Source: Sphaerodactylus townsendi (lineage: Eukaryota). Taken from it: 64,000 nt of DNA. Location: assembly GCF_021028975.2 (NCBI RefSeq), contig NC_059430.1, positions 54,250,001 to 54,314,000 on the forward strand, written 5' to 3'. Positions 51,461 to 64,000 of the stretch are shown piece after piece. Position 1 is the first letter of the stretch. Each line of letters opens with the position of its first letter. Under the pieces are notes generated by a model. It saw nothing but the letters and a program-made list of their open reading frames with translations, had not been told where the DNA came from and made no database searches. The translations under genes and the position numbers were made by a program.

Positions 51461-52229
51461 GTCATAGTAATGCACCTTTCCATAGCTTCTTACCATTTGC
51501 TGAGGAAGCTGCTGGATTGTTTCCTGATTATACCCACAGAATGAACTACACATCTAAATAATGTTTTTAACTACTTTGGGTCCCCACTGGGGAGAAAAGC
51601 AGGGTGTAAAAATGACTTAAGTGATGAAATCCTTTCAGAAACTTGGAAGGAAAACTTAAAATCCAAATGTGAAAATCAGAAGCATAATTTATTAAAAAGG
51701 AATAATGCAACACACCATGGCACATATAATTATGTATATATGTGCATACAACACTGAATGTAAAATCAAGAATCTGAGCAAGTTATCTCACTTGTGCAGG
51801 GAGGAGGAAGTGTGAGGATTGGGAGAGGGTTGAGAGAAAATGAGAGAGATTTGTAGCTACCAATATCAGGGCAAACACTGATTAAGTAATCTGGGCAGTA
51901 AGTAAATTCAATAGGGAAACATTTAGAAATTAAATCTCAGAAGGAAACTGCGCAGCTCACAAAATACTGCCAACGGGAACAACTCACTGTGGCAAAAATT
52001 TCTTCAAAGAAAAAAAAAAGATCACACTTTTGAAATACATTCTGTCCCTCATTATGGGACAGAAAGAATGGTGAAGTGAGGTCCAGCTATGTGTCTGAGG
52101 ACCAAACATGGTGAAGTTATTTACTGATTCTAAATAAAATGAAGTTAGGATAATTTTGTGACGGGGGATTATAAATCTTGGAATGGGCAAATTCAAACGC
52201 AGACAAATCTGGAAAATAGAACATGGGTA

Positions 52230-53178
52230 TCTAATCTAAACTGAATATATATCCTATGTGAGGCAGTAGAACCTGTAATATCAAGCAGTGCTGGATTTAC
52301 TTACACTTCTCCCTCCCACATCGTGTCTTCCCACATTGCCATTTTGACTGACCCCAGTTGGAAAGTCACCCCCACCCCCCAACAACTGGAACTGCTCTTA
52401 CCTGGAGGAACATGGGAGCTGGGAGCTGGTGATGGAGGCAGCAGCGGGCAAGAGCCTTGGTGACCCGCAGCTGGTATGAAGCTGTAGCAGCCAGGGGAGG
52501 GGGAGGAAGTACAGGAACCGGGAGCAGGCAACACAAGCAGTGACAGGCCTTGGGTGAACCATAGCTGGTGTGAAGCTGTGGCCACTAAGAGAGGGAGAGA
52601 AGGGACAGAAGCTAGGAACAGGTGATGGAGGCAGAGGCAAACGACAGCCTTGAGCAAGCCGCAGCTGGTGTAAAGTTGCGGCTGCTGGGAGTGGAGGAGG
52701 GAGAGGAAGCCCAAGAACTGGCAGCAGGTGATAGAGGCAGTGGTGGGCAAGAGCCATGGTGAGCCATGGCTGGTGTGAAGCTACGGCCACTGAGGGAGGA
52801 AGAGGAAACATAGGAGCTGGGAGTAGGTGATCGAGGCCGCAGCAGGCGAGAGCCTTGGATGAGCTGCAGTTGGTATGAGGCTGCAGCCGCCAGGGGAGTG
52901 GGAGGAAGTACATTTGGGTGGGCTGCACCTCCTTCTCCCAGGTGTTCAGCCAGGATTTTCCCTTCTCACTCGCCCTCAACTCTCTCGGCTCTCCTCACCT
53001 CGTGTTGACTGTGAGGGCAGGGCAGGGCATGGGGTGAAAGTGGAGGAAAGGACCCTCAGACTGAAATGTTGGGGCAGAGGCAGTGGAGCTGTCCCTGGGG
53101 TGCAACAGTGGTTTGTTGCCAGAACCCACCTCCCTCCAAAGACTTTACCAGCAGCCTTTCCTTTTTTGATTGTGCTAG
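52230..53178 (+). mobile_element. Putative Helitron-like element with ~100-bp G-rich tandem repeats
   Basis: a|TCtaatctaaa...ttgtgCTAG|t; about five diverged units (ggagctgg..ggtgatggaggcag...gagcc..gg...gctggtgtgaagct) at 52410-52900. Confidence 0.5.
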
Positions 53179-53269
53179 TAGAAAAGCTAGCAGGATCTAA
53201 CTTGCCAATTTTGTTTAGTGGTCAATTTGGATGGTGACATTACTTCAGACAAGGTACTTTTCCTTTTTA

Positions 53270-53700
53270 ACTTTCCCCTTCCTGTAAAAACAACAGCTCG
53301 AGATTCTGCACCTGTTGCTTTCATTACCACGTTACCTCTTTTATGGTAAGGCTTTCACTTTTTCACATGCAATTTCTTACTGTGCCCCCCATCAGAACCT
53401 GAATTAACCAAATAATTCATATCAGATATCTTAGCTATTATAATATATGGACCTTCCCAGGCCACCTCAAGTTTCTTCTTTGGTCTGAGACGCAAAACTA
53501 AAACCTAGTCTCTGGCTTGAAAGATGCAATTCTGGCTTTCGAATCACTCCACTGCTTCTGTCTCCGTTCTTTGCTGAGGCTCGTGGCTCCTGCTTTAAGT
53601 TCCCTTAGATGTTGCTGCAAGTCCTGCACATAGCTGACAGTGTCCTGACTTTCAATGGATTTGGCCAGAAGATGAGCCATTGATGAGCACCCTTTGAGTT
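53270..53700 (-). mobile_element. Gypsy integrase C-terminal fragment
   Basis: TVSYVQDLQQHLREL...RQKQWSDSKAR, then PKKKLEVAWEGPYIIIAKISDMNYLV (GPY/F motif). Confidence 0.85.
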
Positions 53701-55394
53701 CGGTCAGTCAACCAATTTGAAATCCATATAATAGTAGCGTTGTCAAATCCTCATCTCACTAGCTTACTTGCAAGAATATTATGGGGCACCTTATCAAAAG
53801 CGTTACTTATCTTACCTTGATAAAAAAACTTGTAGACTTTTATGGTGTCAAAAATGATTTAATTCCTACCTACTAACAGTGTTTTAAATTGACATTTTTC
53901 ATGGAGGTGCTTATCATACATTCCAATGTATCTTACTCAGAAGCTCACAACAGGATTTTAAGAAGTATTGTTCATTAATGTTTTTGAGGCAGTTATTCTG
54001 GTATTTGCTACTACAACATTGTTTATATATTCCGCAGTGAGAACCATGATTTACAATAGACAGATTCCTCATTTCTGTGTCCGCAAGCAGTGCTGATTTA
54101 TTTTACATTCTATAGGTTCCTATTCATGGCCATGCTACCCCCTGCTTGTTTTGTAAAGGTGAATCATGTCAAATTAAAGAAAGGAGATCCATGTGTGGAG
54201 GAAGGTTCCCATGTGTGTAACCGGTGTACATGTAAATGCACATCTGGAAGCAGATGCACATTGCTTTCAATGCTGACTGGGCCTGTTGAATGACTTAATG
54301 TATTGTTCAATGTCCATAGGGATTAATTCCCATCTGGAACCACAAAATGTTGTTGTTGTGGCTTTATCCTCCTGTTGCAGATTATCTTGAGTTGATCCTT
54401 TTGCCAAAGTCACAAGCATTCTCTCTCTCCCAGGACTCACTCAAGCCAAAATGAAGGGGGTGGGGGGGGGAAGTGTTGGCATTTGGCATTGTGTGTCATT
54501 TGTAATTTTTCCCAGGGTGGTACTAGCCTTAGCTGAGGCTATGATTGCCCCATTCCTGGAGGACTTTTGCCTAGGGAAAAATAACTGAAATTTGGTCAGT
54601 TTGTGAAAGCTATTACTGCTTACTTTCAGTTTTGCCTACATTAGAATCATGCTGAAATCCAAAGGTGTGGTGTAGAGCTGTTCAGAAATCCTCAATAAAT
54701 CCGAGCGTGTATTTTGGAAGCTACTATGTGTTGCCAGTACTAAAACATTAAATAGAACTTTGATTCCAGCAATGTGAAAGACAGTATGTAAAACTAATTT
54801 AGTGTCTAAAAGCCTCCAGTGACTATTTAATTATGTGGGAATGCAGAGGTTTGATGTATTGGTATGCGCTCCCATTAGTAAACAGAACTGAAAGCCTGCT
54901 TGACACCAGTTTCCCTAGAGCTTTGTAGATGCATGCTAATTGCCAAAAGTTTGTTCCAAACAAGTGGCTGCAAATTGCATGGCTTGCCACTACTATGAAG
55001 GTTTTAAACAATGACCAAGATATGAAAAAATATTTACTGTTCAAATATCAGCTTACTTTATATACTTATTAAAACATTTAATAAGGTGGTTTGTTGCAAG
55101 CTGTCCAAAGGACCACAATGCCTGATGTAACAGGATGTTTGTGAGGTTGTAACAAGTATGTTTGATGACTGATTGTCAACCATAATGGGACTGATAGTAA
55201 AAAAATAAAATTATTAATATTTTATCTCATTGTTCATCCAGGCAGCTCACAACAGCATACATGATTTATTCTTCCTCTGTTTTATCCTCAATGCAACCCT
55301 GGTTAGTACAAAGAAGGAAAGAGAAGGATGTTGTGTTTAGGCTGTGACAGCTATATTCATCTAATTTCCAGCTGATGAAAAAAAAATGAGTATA

Positions 55395-55878
55395 CAGTGG
55401 AACCTCGGTTTTCATTGCCTTTGGTTTTCATTGGGTTGGGTTTTCAACGATTTTTTCAGTGAAAAAATTGTCTCGGTTTTCATTGATTTGCAGTAAGGTG
55501 CAGGGGTTTGTGGAGAAAAATCACCCGGACAAAGCTGTTGTAGGCCGTGTCTGCAACTTGTTTAATGACAATGTCTTGCCCCATTTCAGACAATCTTAAA
55601 GAGGTGTCAGAAACAGACCTCTTTGGACAGCTTTCTGGTGCAACATTGGTCCACTGGCTCTGAAGCTGGTCCTGGTGTTATTGTTTATTACTGTTTTCAG
55701 CATTAAACACTATGTTTCTTCACCAAAAATGTGTTTTTGGTATGTTTTTTGGAGTGTCTAGAACAGATTAATTGGATTTACATTGATTTTTATGGGAAAG
55801 TTTGCCTCGGTTTTCATCGGTTTTTGTTTTCATCGATTCTTTTCGGACGGATTACCAACGAAAACCAAGGTTCCACTG
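55395..55878 (+). mobile_element. Tigger deletion derivative with transposase C-terminal remnant
   Basis: TA-cagtggaacctcggttttc...gaaaaccaaggttccactg-TA; internal VEKNHPDKAVVGRVCNLFNDNVLPHFRQ / KQTSLDSFL. Confidence 0.9.
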
Positions 55879-56561
55879 TATTTCAACTTCCTGAGGTGTC
55901 TGCAGTTGTATAAAATGGAGTGGGAGATAGTGTAAGTGTAGAAACAAGGAAAGTGTAGAAACAAGGAAAGGTAGCAAAGGATTTGGTATTTAATGTAATT
56001 GACCGGCAGTTAGCCCTGCCAGAAGTGTAAATCAGTGTTCTCACCAAAGCAGATTATTTTGATAAGTCTGTCTCTGCACAGCATTCCTTCAATCATTATG
56101 CTCTATCAATGGCTTACAAAAATATTCTGGAGACTCTAAACATTGTCCTATATTTCTGCTGTTTTTATCCCATTCTGCAGCTTGTGTTCTAGTATCTGTT
56201 CTTTGCTACTACATATGCTGAATTATTCAAGAGGGTTTTTTAAAGATAAATAATAGGGATATAGAGTGTAACAAAACAGTTCAGAAAGATGCAGGTAAAG
56301 GATTAGGTACTGTCAACAATGCTACTTTGAGTAGTTCATACTGGCTATTGTGGTAAATAGAACCTTACACTCTGATTTTTGGCATTGTTTAACATGTCAT
56401 ATTAATACTTATGCTGTGCTTCAGTGCTGTTTCAAATTTCTGGTTGGTTCTAGACTTGTACAATCCAAATCCTATTACATTGTTTACTGGATGTCTCATA
56501 CTGTTGACTGTATTGACTTGCTCTTTGTATTCCACTTCAGTCCCAGTTAGAAAGGTAGACT

Positions 56562-56570
56562 ACACACGCA

Positions 56571-56647
<77 letters not shown>
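56562..56647 (+). repeat. (CA)n microsatellite
   Basis: Direct read. Confidence 0.95.
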
Positions 56648-56650
<3 letters not shown>

Positions 56651-57118
56651 TATTTAGCTGTTTAGAATTAGATAGTATGATCTCTTGAAGAGTGTGTAGG
56701 AGAGTAAGAAAGTTGGAAACCCTTGCTATTTAGATGCTGTTTGAGTGTTCCTGCAATTCCTTCTAATGCCAGCTCTAGTTAAATCTTCTGTGCATGGTCT
56801 CATTACATACAAGACAGAATTGTAACTGGCTATTAAATAGGGGAGCATTCCACTTTGTCCATAATTTGAAAGGGAGTACTCTACAGGGTATTTCACCGTA
56901 ATTAAATAGAAATTTCATTGTAATTAAATAGAAAACAAAAACAAATACTGTTGGAAATGTGTTTCCTATTGAAACCAGGAAAACCAAAGTTAAAAAAACA
57001 AGAGGCAAAGAGAACCAACAGCAAACCAAATGAGGGTGTTAAGGAATAACTCAAACATGAGATTTTTTTGATGTAAATTCTTGTTGATAGTCTTGATTGT
57101 CTTAATACTCCTCACTGA

Positions 57119-57956
57119 GGCTGTTTCTTCACAGCCCAATAACAGTGCCCTAGGGCTGGTAAAAACACCGTCCCTGGGGCACTGTATGAACAGCTGGTTC
57201 TGCTGCATCGCAGCAGCGCTGTGCTTGTGCCAACCAAGCGGTGCAAAGACGCTGTTTTTGAACCTTGCTCAGGGAGCAAGGTTTTTCAAAAGCGGCGTCT
57301 TCTCGCTGGCATGGTGCAAACCGCACTGGCGTGAGGGCGCTGCTTTTGGTATCCCGTTTACTCTCTTCCCTGTGCAGCTCTGGAGGGCTAGAGGGACACG
57401 TCCATGCTGCCTGTAATGAACTAGGGAAAGTCCATTCAAAAATAACTCATCAAAGTTCTTGATTGAACTGGCAATCAAATACGAAAGCAAAACATGCGAG
57501 TTCTGAGGCATAGAACTCAAGCAGCAGTTTTAAAACAGTATCAATCCCTCCTTCCTGCCACTTGAAAGAAAACAAAGCATAGTTTCACACAGGCAAAATT
57601 TCTCAAAGAGATATCAGCAAAACTGGAGTCTCTGACACCAGGCAGTCCGCCAAAGCAGGCCAGTCGGCGGGAAGAGCCAAGGTCACCATACACACACACA
57701 CACACAGTCCTGACACTGCCCCTCTTACCCCTGGAGGTCAGAGGGCTGTGGGGCGTGTCCCTCCAGCTCTCCAGAACTGTGCAGGGAGGAGAGGTGAGTA
57801 AACAGAATGAACCTGAGGCAGCTCCGTGCAGAGCCGCAGCTTTGGGGCTGCCCGCACAATACCATGCCCGCACAATACCATGCGAGCGGTCCCGAGCCTC
57901 CACCATCATTAATTACGCCGGTGGAGATCCGTTTCTGCCACCGTGCAGAAGCGGCC
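57119..57956. mobile_element. PIF/Harbinger-type non-autonomous element
   Basis: ggctgtttcttcacag...ccgtgcagaagcggcc TIRs; 3-bp TSD tga. Confidence 0.78.
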
Positions 57957-58350
57957 TGAGAATGGCAGCATGGTTTTAGAATATGGTTGGCATTTTAAAT
58001 TTAATATAGAGCCCTTTAAACACTTTGGCTACTTCTTGCTTATTCAGAAGAATCAACAAAGCAAAGGAACTTCAGGTGGGAGAGGCTGAGCTAGCAACAT
58101 AAGCGAAGATTTCTTCCTGTGCTGTAGTATTAAACCTTCCCATACTAAGGCCCATTCTAGGGAATAACTGAACCCTTGGATGGTGTTCTTGCAGGTATCC
58201 TTCTTTATTGTTGGAGAAAGTATCGTGAGCTGCCAAGCAAGAGTTAACCATGCTGCATTGGGAGCTGAGTGAGAGAGGGTAGTAGTTGGAAGACAATCTT
58301 GTCCCATCTAGGAATATCCACTTGTTCTTTCAAAAAACTTTGGTCACTCA

Positions 58351-58501
58351 GGCCCCTTCCGCACATGCAGAATAATACACTTTCAGTCCACTTTCAATGC
58401 ACTTTGCCACTGGATTTTACTGTGCGGAATAACCAAACCCACTTTCAAACAGTTGTGAGAGTGGATTGAAAGTGCATTATTCTGCATATGCGGAAGGGGC
58501 C
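58351..58501. mobile_element. PIF/Harbinger palindromic MITE
   Basis: ggccccttccgcacatgcagaataat...attattctgcatatgcggaaggggcc; TSD tca. Confidence 0.92.
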
Positions 58502-60069
58502 TCAGATTCTATTCTTGAAAAGCTGCTTGAGGGATTCAGTAGTTTTCTCTTTACTCTTGCAAGGTGTGCTTAATGACAGTTGATGTCATAGGGCCATCCT
58601 TTGAAACTGTGAATTTACATAGTCTCTCCAGAACTAGGTTCTACTGTAGGAATCTGGGTAAATGAATTATTATGAATTTTCAAAACAACATTATTTATTA
58701 TTTCTTTGCTTACGGTTGCTGTTCCATATTGAGAGGCAGATAGATATGTAAAGTAATATTTACTGTTGGCTGTGCAGAATAACATAAACCAAGATTGCAA
58801 TATAACTAACATGACAATTCTAAAATAACAAATTCTAAAATAACCAAATGTAACATAGTGGTGTAGAGCACAATCAACTTTTCCTACAAAAGTCAATTGA
58901 AATTAATTGCAGCTTCATGAGTGTGCAGTGGGATTGTGTTCTTATGGCAACATGTTTTAATGGCATGCATATTTATTTTAGCAGAATTTTAACTATGTCT
59001 GTGAAGTAGCCACTGCACAGATCTGCTTAGCTGCTCAACAAGGGCAGGCTACCTAATGTTTGCTGCAGTCCTAAAGACCTTGTTCTATGCCAACTGTTAA
59101 TGTGGCATTGGAGAAAATGATAATATATAGTGACTAACTTGGATGCTATTTCACTTTCCCCCAAAATGTGTTGGGCCAATCTTGCAGATATCTAAATCTG
59201 TGGATTTAGGAACCCCCTCCCCCCGGTTTGCAGAAAAATCTTAATTTTTTAGCAAATACATTGGAGGATTAACACCCCCCCCCCCGAAAATTGTTGGTGT
59301 TTATACAGAGTATTCACCAGACAGTGTGGCTCCTGACAACTGGAATGGCCCTGTCAACAGGTCTCATGGGGCCCTTTAGACAGCATGGCGTTTCCCAGGA
59401 AGGGCTGGCACAACCACTGTGGCTCCCAACAACCAGGCCACCACCAAGGTTCCTTTTAAAACTTTCCTGCTGACATGTAACTGACCAGACTATGAAGACT
59501 GGCACTGGAGGGGGGCGGGGAACAAGGAGGATTCCGCAGCCCCTTGTCTGTTTCCAACATTACTTTCTCTCTGCAGTCTGGCCTGTTATAAGTCAGCTGG
59601 GAAATTCTGAAAGAACAGCTGAGCTGGCAGAGGCAGGGACGAGAAAGAGCCTCCTTGTCCACTCACATGCCTCAATAGTCACTGGTTCAGTTTTCCTTTG
59701 AAATTTATTCTACCATTTATTCTGACTAAATTGGGGGATGGGTGGGAGCAGTGGTTACATGCCCAGCAAGTCAGTGGGCTTCCTTCCCCAACAAGTCAAG
59801 TTGCCGAAAGTAAGCAGGCAGAGAAAACCTAGAGATGATGGGGAGGGGAAGCCTTCTTGGCTCATAGGCTGGTGGTACTCTTAGGTACTTCTGCTGTCTG
59901 ACTGTCAGTTATACACAGTGCCTTGCAAATAGTCATTGCAAGAGGATATGCTCCCACAATAACAAAAGACTGAGTACTAAAATCACAAAAACTTACTGAT
60001 AAGTCTTAAGTATGTTGCTTTTCAAAAGTAATGATGTAAGATTGTGGATTATAGGGGTTTTTATTGTGG

Positions 60070-60262
60070 TTTCTTTGCCATTAAGTCACATCTGACCTAG
60101 GGTGACTCCTGGTGGGGCTTTTTTTAAAGGCAAGAGATGGTCGGAGGTGGTTTGCCATTGCCTGCCTCTATGTCCCAACCCTGATATTCCTTGGAGGTCT
60201 CCCATCCACATACTTGCCAAGGATAACCCTGCTTAGCTTCTGAAATCTGACATGATCCCATT
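60070..60262 (-). mobile_element. 5S rRNA-headed SINE
   Basis: gaggtggtttgccattgcctgcctc...ccctgcttagcttctgaaatctgac is the reverse complement of a 5S-like head plus RTE-type tail. Confidence 0.75.
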
Positions 60263-60812
60263 AGTTAGGTAGTTCAGGGGTACCACAGAAACAAAGCCTC
60301 ATCCTGGAAGACATTTGCCTACCTTCCAGTGAAAATGTAGAATATCTTGACAGATCCTATTTGCTGATCATCTCAACTAACATATAGGTTCACATTAAAA
60401 AAAATGGTCCCTTATGTGATTCCAGATCATTTATGCCTTTCATGTTAAATGTCTGAAGGTAAGGTTTCTAGATGTAGCTATTCAAAATGACTGGGAGTGT
60501 ATGGGACCGTAACTGAATTATGCAGCTTGTGTTTATAAGTAAAAACTTTCAATTCTTTGGGATTGCACACTTAAAATATGCCAACAAATTATAGTCTTCA
60601 TGATTGAAAAAGAAGATAATGTGACCCAACTCTGCTAAAAAAGCAGAATTCAGAGGAAGTTTAGTTGTGAACAGAATTGTTAGTCACATTCCTGGAGCAA
60701 GTACAACTTTGTAATACTTCTATCTTATGGTTTAACCATTGTGATTGATGTGCAGATGGTTCGTACCAAATACAATAGATAGAACATTAACTTTGCTTTA
60801 ATGTTTTTACAG

Positions 60813-60847
60813 GAAAACTCTAGGACTATGTCAAACAGATATAAAAG
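60813..60847 (+). CDS. PAWR: PAWR 35-nt coding exon, equivalent to human exon 4
   Basis: Acceptor atgtttttacAG and donor aag|GTAAG. It continues the frame of the previous exon as ENSRTMSNRYK(S), versus recalled human EPPRTVSGRYKS, with the same recalled length and phase. Confidence 0.92.
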
Positions 60848-61559
60848 GTAAGCACTTCTTAATACATTGCTTAGTTATATACTTTAAAGTAAGTATATAA
60901 TAATATAATACAATAGTAATAAGGTTGCACTGTACAAGATGATTCACAAACGTACTTGAATATATTCCTAGGGACTGTTGTCTATCCTGCTGTGTATAGT
61001 TTACTGTAAGTAAGATGCCATTATGTAATTTTTGTGCCACTTAATGTGTTATGTTAATACTTACGCTGCGCGTCAGTTCTTGCTGGCGGTTCCAGATTTC
61101 TACAATTCTAGTGCATCGTTTAATGATTGTACCATTTGTACTGACTCACTATGCATAATCTGCCTTGAGTCATGAGAAAGGCAGACTATAAATAACAACA
61201 CCAACAGAGCAAACAGTAATTTACTAAACTGTGAATTCATCACATTTACAGTTCCTATGGTTCTATTGTTGCCCTGGCAGGCTGTGCATTAGAGCGGGGT
61301 CTGAAGTCAATTGTCTTTTCATTCCTCACACACAAGCAATCTTTTGATGTAAAAATCACACCCTGTCCAGTAAGCGGAGAAATGCCTTGCCATTGTTGCA
61401 TTTGAACCTAAGGCTAATATTACTGCAACAAAGGTCTACTCAGAATGCTCTGCAGATCTAATCAATACAGCTTACTCCCAGGAAATGACAAAAAATCATA
61501 AAAATACAAGTGAAAATAACAGCTTTAAAACAATGGCATCTAGTTGTCTGTCAGCCCCC

Positions 61560-62200
61560 AGTATGGAGACATCTAGATTGTATTTTAGAAAGTATAAAGG
61601 GGATAACAACAAACCGAGCCTAGTTAAAACAAAAAGTAGGAGGCTAATGGAAGGGACTGGAAGAAAGAAGCAAACAAGGAGGTGGTATAGGACTTCCAGA
61701 CCAGTAAATAGATTACCACAGATGTAGAACCATTACTGTCCTCAGTCATTAGCCTGATGGAGCATCTCTGTCTTATAGGTTCTCTGGAATGGGGAAAGGT
61801 CCCCCGGGACCCACATCTCCTTAGACAGAGAGTTCCACAATGAACAGAGAGTTTTATCAGGCAGGATCCATGGCCACTTAAGGTAGGCTTTTAATGCCTT
61901 GGGGCATTCCAGTAGCTGCGCCACTTCCACGTGGGAGCATCCAAGGGATTGATTTTCCAGTTTCAAAACCCCTGATATTTGGAGGTCTCCTTCTTTGGAG
62001 GTTTTTAAACAGAGGCTGGATGAGCATATGTTGAGAGTTCTTTGATTGTGTGTTCCTACTTTGCAGGGGGTTGGACTTTATGGCCCTTGGGATCTCTTCC
62101 AACTGTATGATTCTATGATAGAGGACCTTTTGGGGTGAGCAAATGCAGGGATCCCTGTGAAGGGTGGTCTTAAAGGCAGGCATCTTCTTCAGGCCAGTAG
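61560..62200 (-). mobile_element. Old L2 3' fragment with nested CR1 3' end (about 61985-62118, + strand)
   Basis: LWNSLSKEM...LSPFQRTYKTEMLHQA on the minus strand; CR1 tail ctccttctttggaggtttttaaacagagg...ccaactgtatgattctatgat on the plus strand. Confidence 0.75.
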
Positions 62201-62445
62201 ACCTCCATGAGGAGTTTGCCTCTGCTGCTTAATTCTGTCTCTTAAAATACTTCTACAAATTAAGAATATTCCTCCTATTCCAAACCACCATGGATTTAGG
62301 GAAAAGCCTTGGGAATTTCATTTGCTATTCAAACCAAGATTGACATATCTCTGCATTCTTTCTGCATCTTGGGTGAACCCCTTTTGTTTTTTGAAGGGCA
62401 AGGAGTTTTATAGAAAATGAGACTGGGGAAAAGTGTGTCTCAACT

Positions 62446-62628
62446 GTGTATAGCCCTTACCCTATCGGATCTTAGAATCTAAGCAGGGTCAGCTCTGGTT
62501 GGTGCCTGGATGAGAGGCCACAAGGAAGTCCTGTGCTATGCAGAGACAGGCAATGGCAAACCACCTCTGTTCTTCTCTTTAAAACCCTATTGGGTCACCA
62601 TAAATCAGCTGCAACTTGATGGCACTTT
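62446..62628 (+). mobile_element. 5S rRNA-headed SINE
   Basis: atcggatcttagaatctaagcagggtcagctctggttggtgcctggatgagaggcca resembles the 5S internal control region; ggcaatggcaaaccacctctg tail. Confidence 0.78.
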
Positions 62629-63474
62629 CCCAAAGCCTAGAATATCTCTTGAGAGGACTGCTAAAGATGTCTACTAGGATTCAAAAAAGAAGATAAATAC
62701 ACTTTGATGTAATTATTTGTGGTCTGCATTTTTTAGTGACTGGGTAGATAACAGGATTGTTTTAATCTGCTGCCAAAAACCATTGTTTTTATTTTATCAG
62801 CCATGACAACAGACTTCTGCAGGATGAATCTTCATGTGTGTTACTAGTTTAATTAGTTACTGAAAGTTGCAGATGTTATGACAATATTCTTTCTTTCAGC
62901 CTCTGGAGAGTTTAAAATGAAATTACTCTCATCCCCAATATCATGATTGTAGTATATAAGGAATCAGAAAGGAAACTTGAAAAAGACCTGCCCTTCTGGG
63001 TTTTCATGATTTAATGCCTGTAGGTGGGAAGGAGAAGCTGGACTGGTATTTGAAAATCATGCTTGTATGTTTGGTTGTTCTACAAGGGGGTGGTAAAAGA
63101 AGCAGAGAACAGAATGGATGCATGTCCCTGCATTGCTTGCTGTTGGTACTGCCTCTTCCCACTTACTTCTTCCTAGTCACAAAAAAGAAGAAAATCTTTC
63201 CAGGCCCTTGCAGCTCAGCTGTTTGTTTCCCAACAGCTGAGCCACAACTCCCGCCTGAGCTGTGCTACAGTTGGCTTTAAAAAACCCTGTAAAATGGAGG
63301 AAGAATGTCGGAGCTTCACACTGCCATTTTGAAGCCAATGCTAAGCACCACTTCAGCACAGTTTTCCTATAAAATTGAAACAAAGGAGGATTTTTTTAAT
63401 TTGCTCCATCTTTAAAGAGAAAGCCTCTATCTGAGTCTCTATCTGTACCCATCCCTCGCAGGGTGTTTGTTGTA

Positions 63475-63772
63475 GAGCAGCAGTGGCATAGTGGTTAAGA
63501 GCAGGTGCACTCTAATCTGGAGAACCGGGTTTGATTCCCTGCTTTGCCACTTGAGCTGTGGAGGCTTATCTGGGGAACTAGATTAGCCTGTGCACTCCAA
63601 CACACGCCAGCTGGGTGACTTTGGGCGAGTCACAACTCTTCGGAGCTCTCCCAACCCCATCCAGCTCACAGGGTGGTTTTTTTTTTGGGGGGGGAGGGCA
63701 TGGAGATTGTAAACCCTTTTGAGTCCCCTTACAGGAGACAAAGGGGGGTATAAATCCAAACTCCTCTTCTTC
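63475..63772 (+). mobile_element. Squam3-type tRNA SINE
   Basis: gagcagcagtggcatagtggttaagagc (box A), ggtttgattccc (box B), tail ggggggtataaatccaaactcctcttcttc. Confidence 0.88.
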
Positions 63773-64000
63773 CAATCAGTCAGCGCTCAAGAAAGCAACC
63801 CTGACATTCTCTTGGCATCTAACAAACCATTAAGACTCTTCACCCTTTTTTCAAAACTCTGGAAACCCTAACCCCCAACCTCCCCCAAGCGGCAAACACA
63901 CCTCTGCCCCCTCCCACTCTTCCCCAAGTGGCAAATGCACTTCTGTCTCCTTCCACCCTCCCCCAAGTGACAAACACCCCCTGCCCCCTCCTACCCCAAC

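Noticed and set aside
52301-53237. 149-193 aa ORFs
   Set aside because: Translations of a G-rich ~100-bp minisatellite.
59220-59900. Possible ancient solo LTR (ttataag followed by cagctg)
   Set aside because: No TG...CA ends or TSD could be defined; insufficient support.
62446-62530. 5S rRNA gene or tRNA genes
   Set aside because: Degenerate heads fused to SINE bodies and tails; not intact RNA genes. The same applies to the tRNA-like Squam3 heads.
62790-62910. Possible next PAWR exon after ttttatcag or tctttcag acceptors
   Set aside because: Translations do not resemble Par-4 and the first stops early; the next exon is presumably beyond the window.

Overview
Vertebrate genomic DNA. The repeat families present (Squam3-type tRNA SINEs, 5S-headed SINEs, CR1/L2, DIRS, sushi-like Gypsy) point to a squamate, probably a gecko. 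The window appears to lie inside the PAWR (Par-4) gene on the + strand. Only two coding exons were found: 46437-46565 (129 nt) and a 35-nt exon at 60813-60847. The rest is intron packed with transposable elements: a full-length antisense chromoviral Gypsy element with both LTRs and a 5-bp TSD (12341-18344), a young 5'-truncated L2, a DIRS relic, CR1 and RTE-like fragments, many hAT, PIF/Harbinger and pogo/Tigger MITEs with intact TSDs, Helitron-like elements carrying minisatellites, and a Penelope fragment with a decayed hammerhead ribozyme. Almost all ORFs in the track are TE-derived or chance. The least explained signal is a set of AT-rich, stop-interrupted reading frames scattered through the intron, one with an in-frame 123-bp KRKR-bearing duplication. 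They may be relics of a poorly annotated LINE ORF1 or endogenous virus. I found no convincing novel functional system; family names come from recalled motifs, not database searches.
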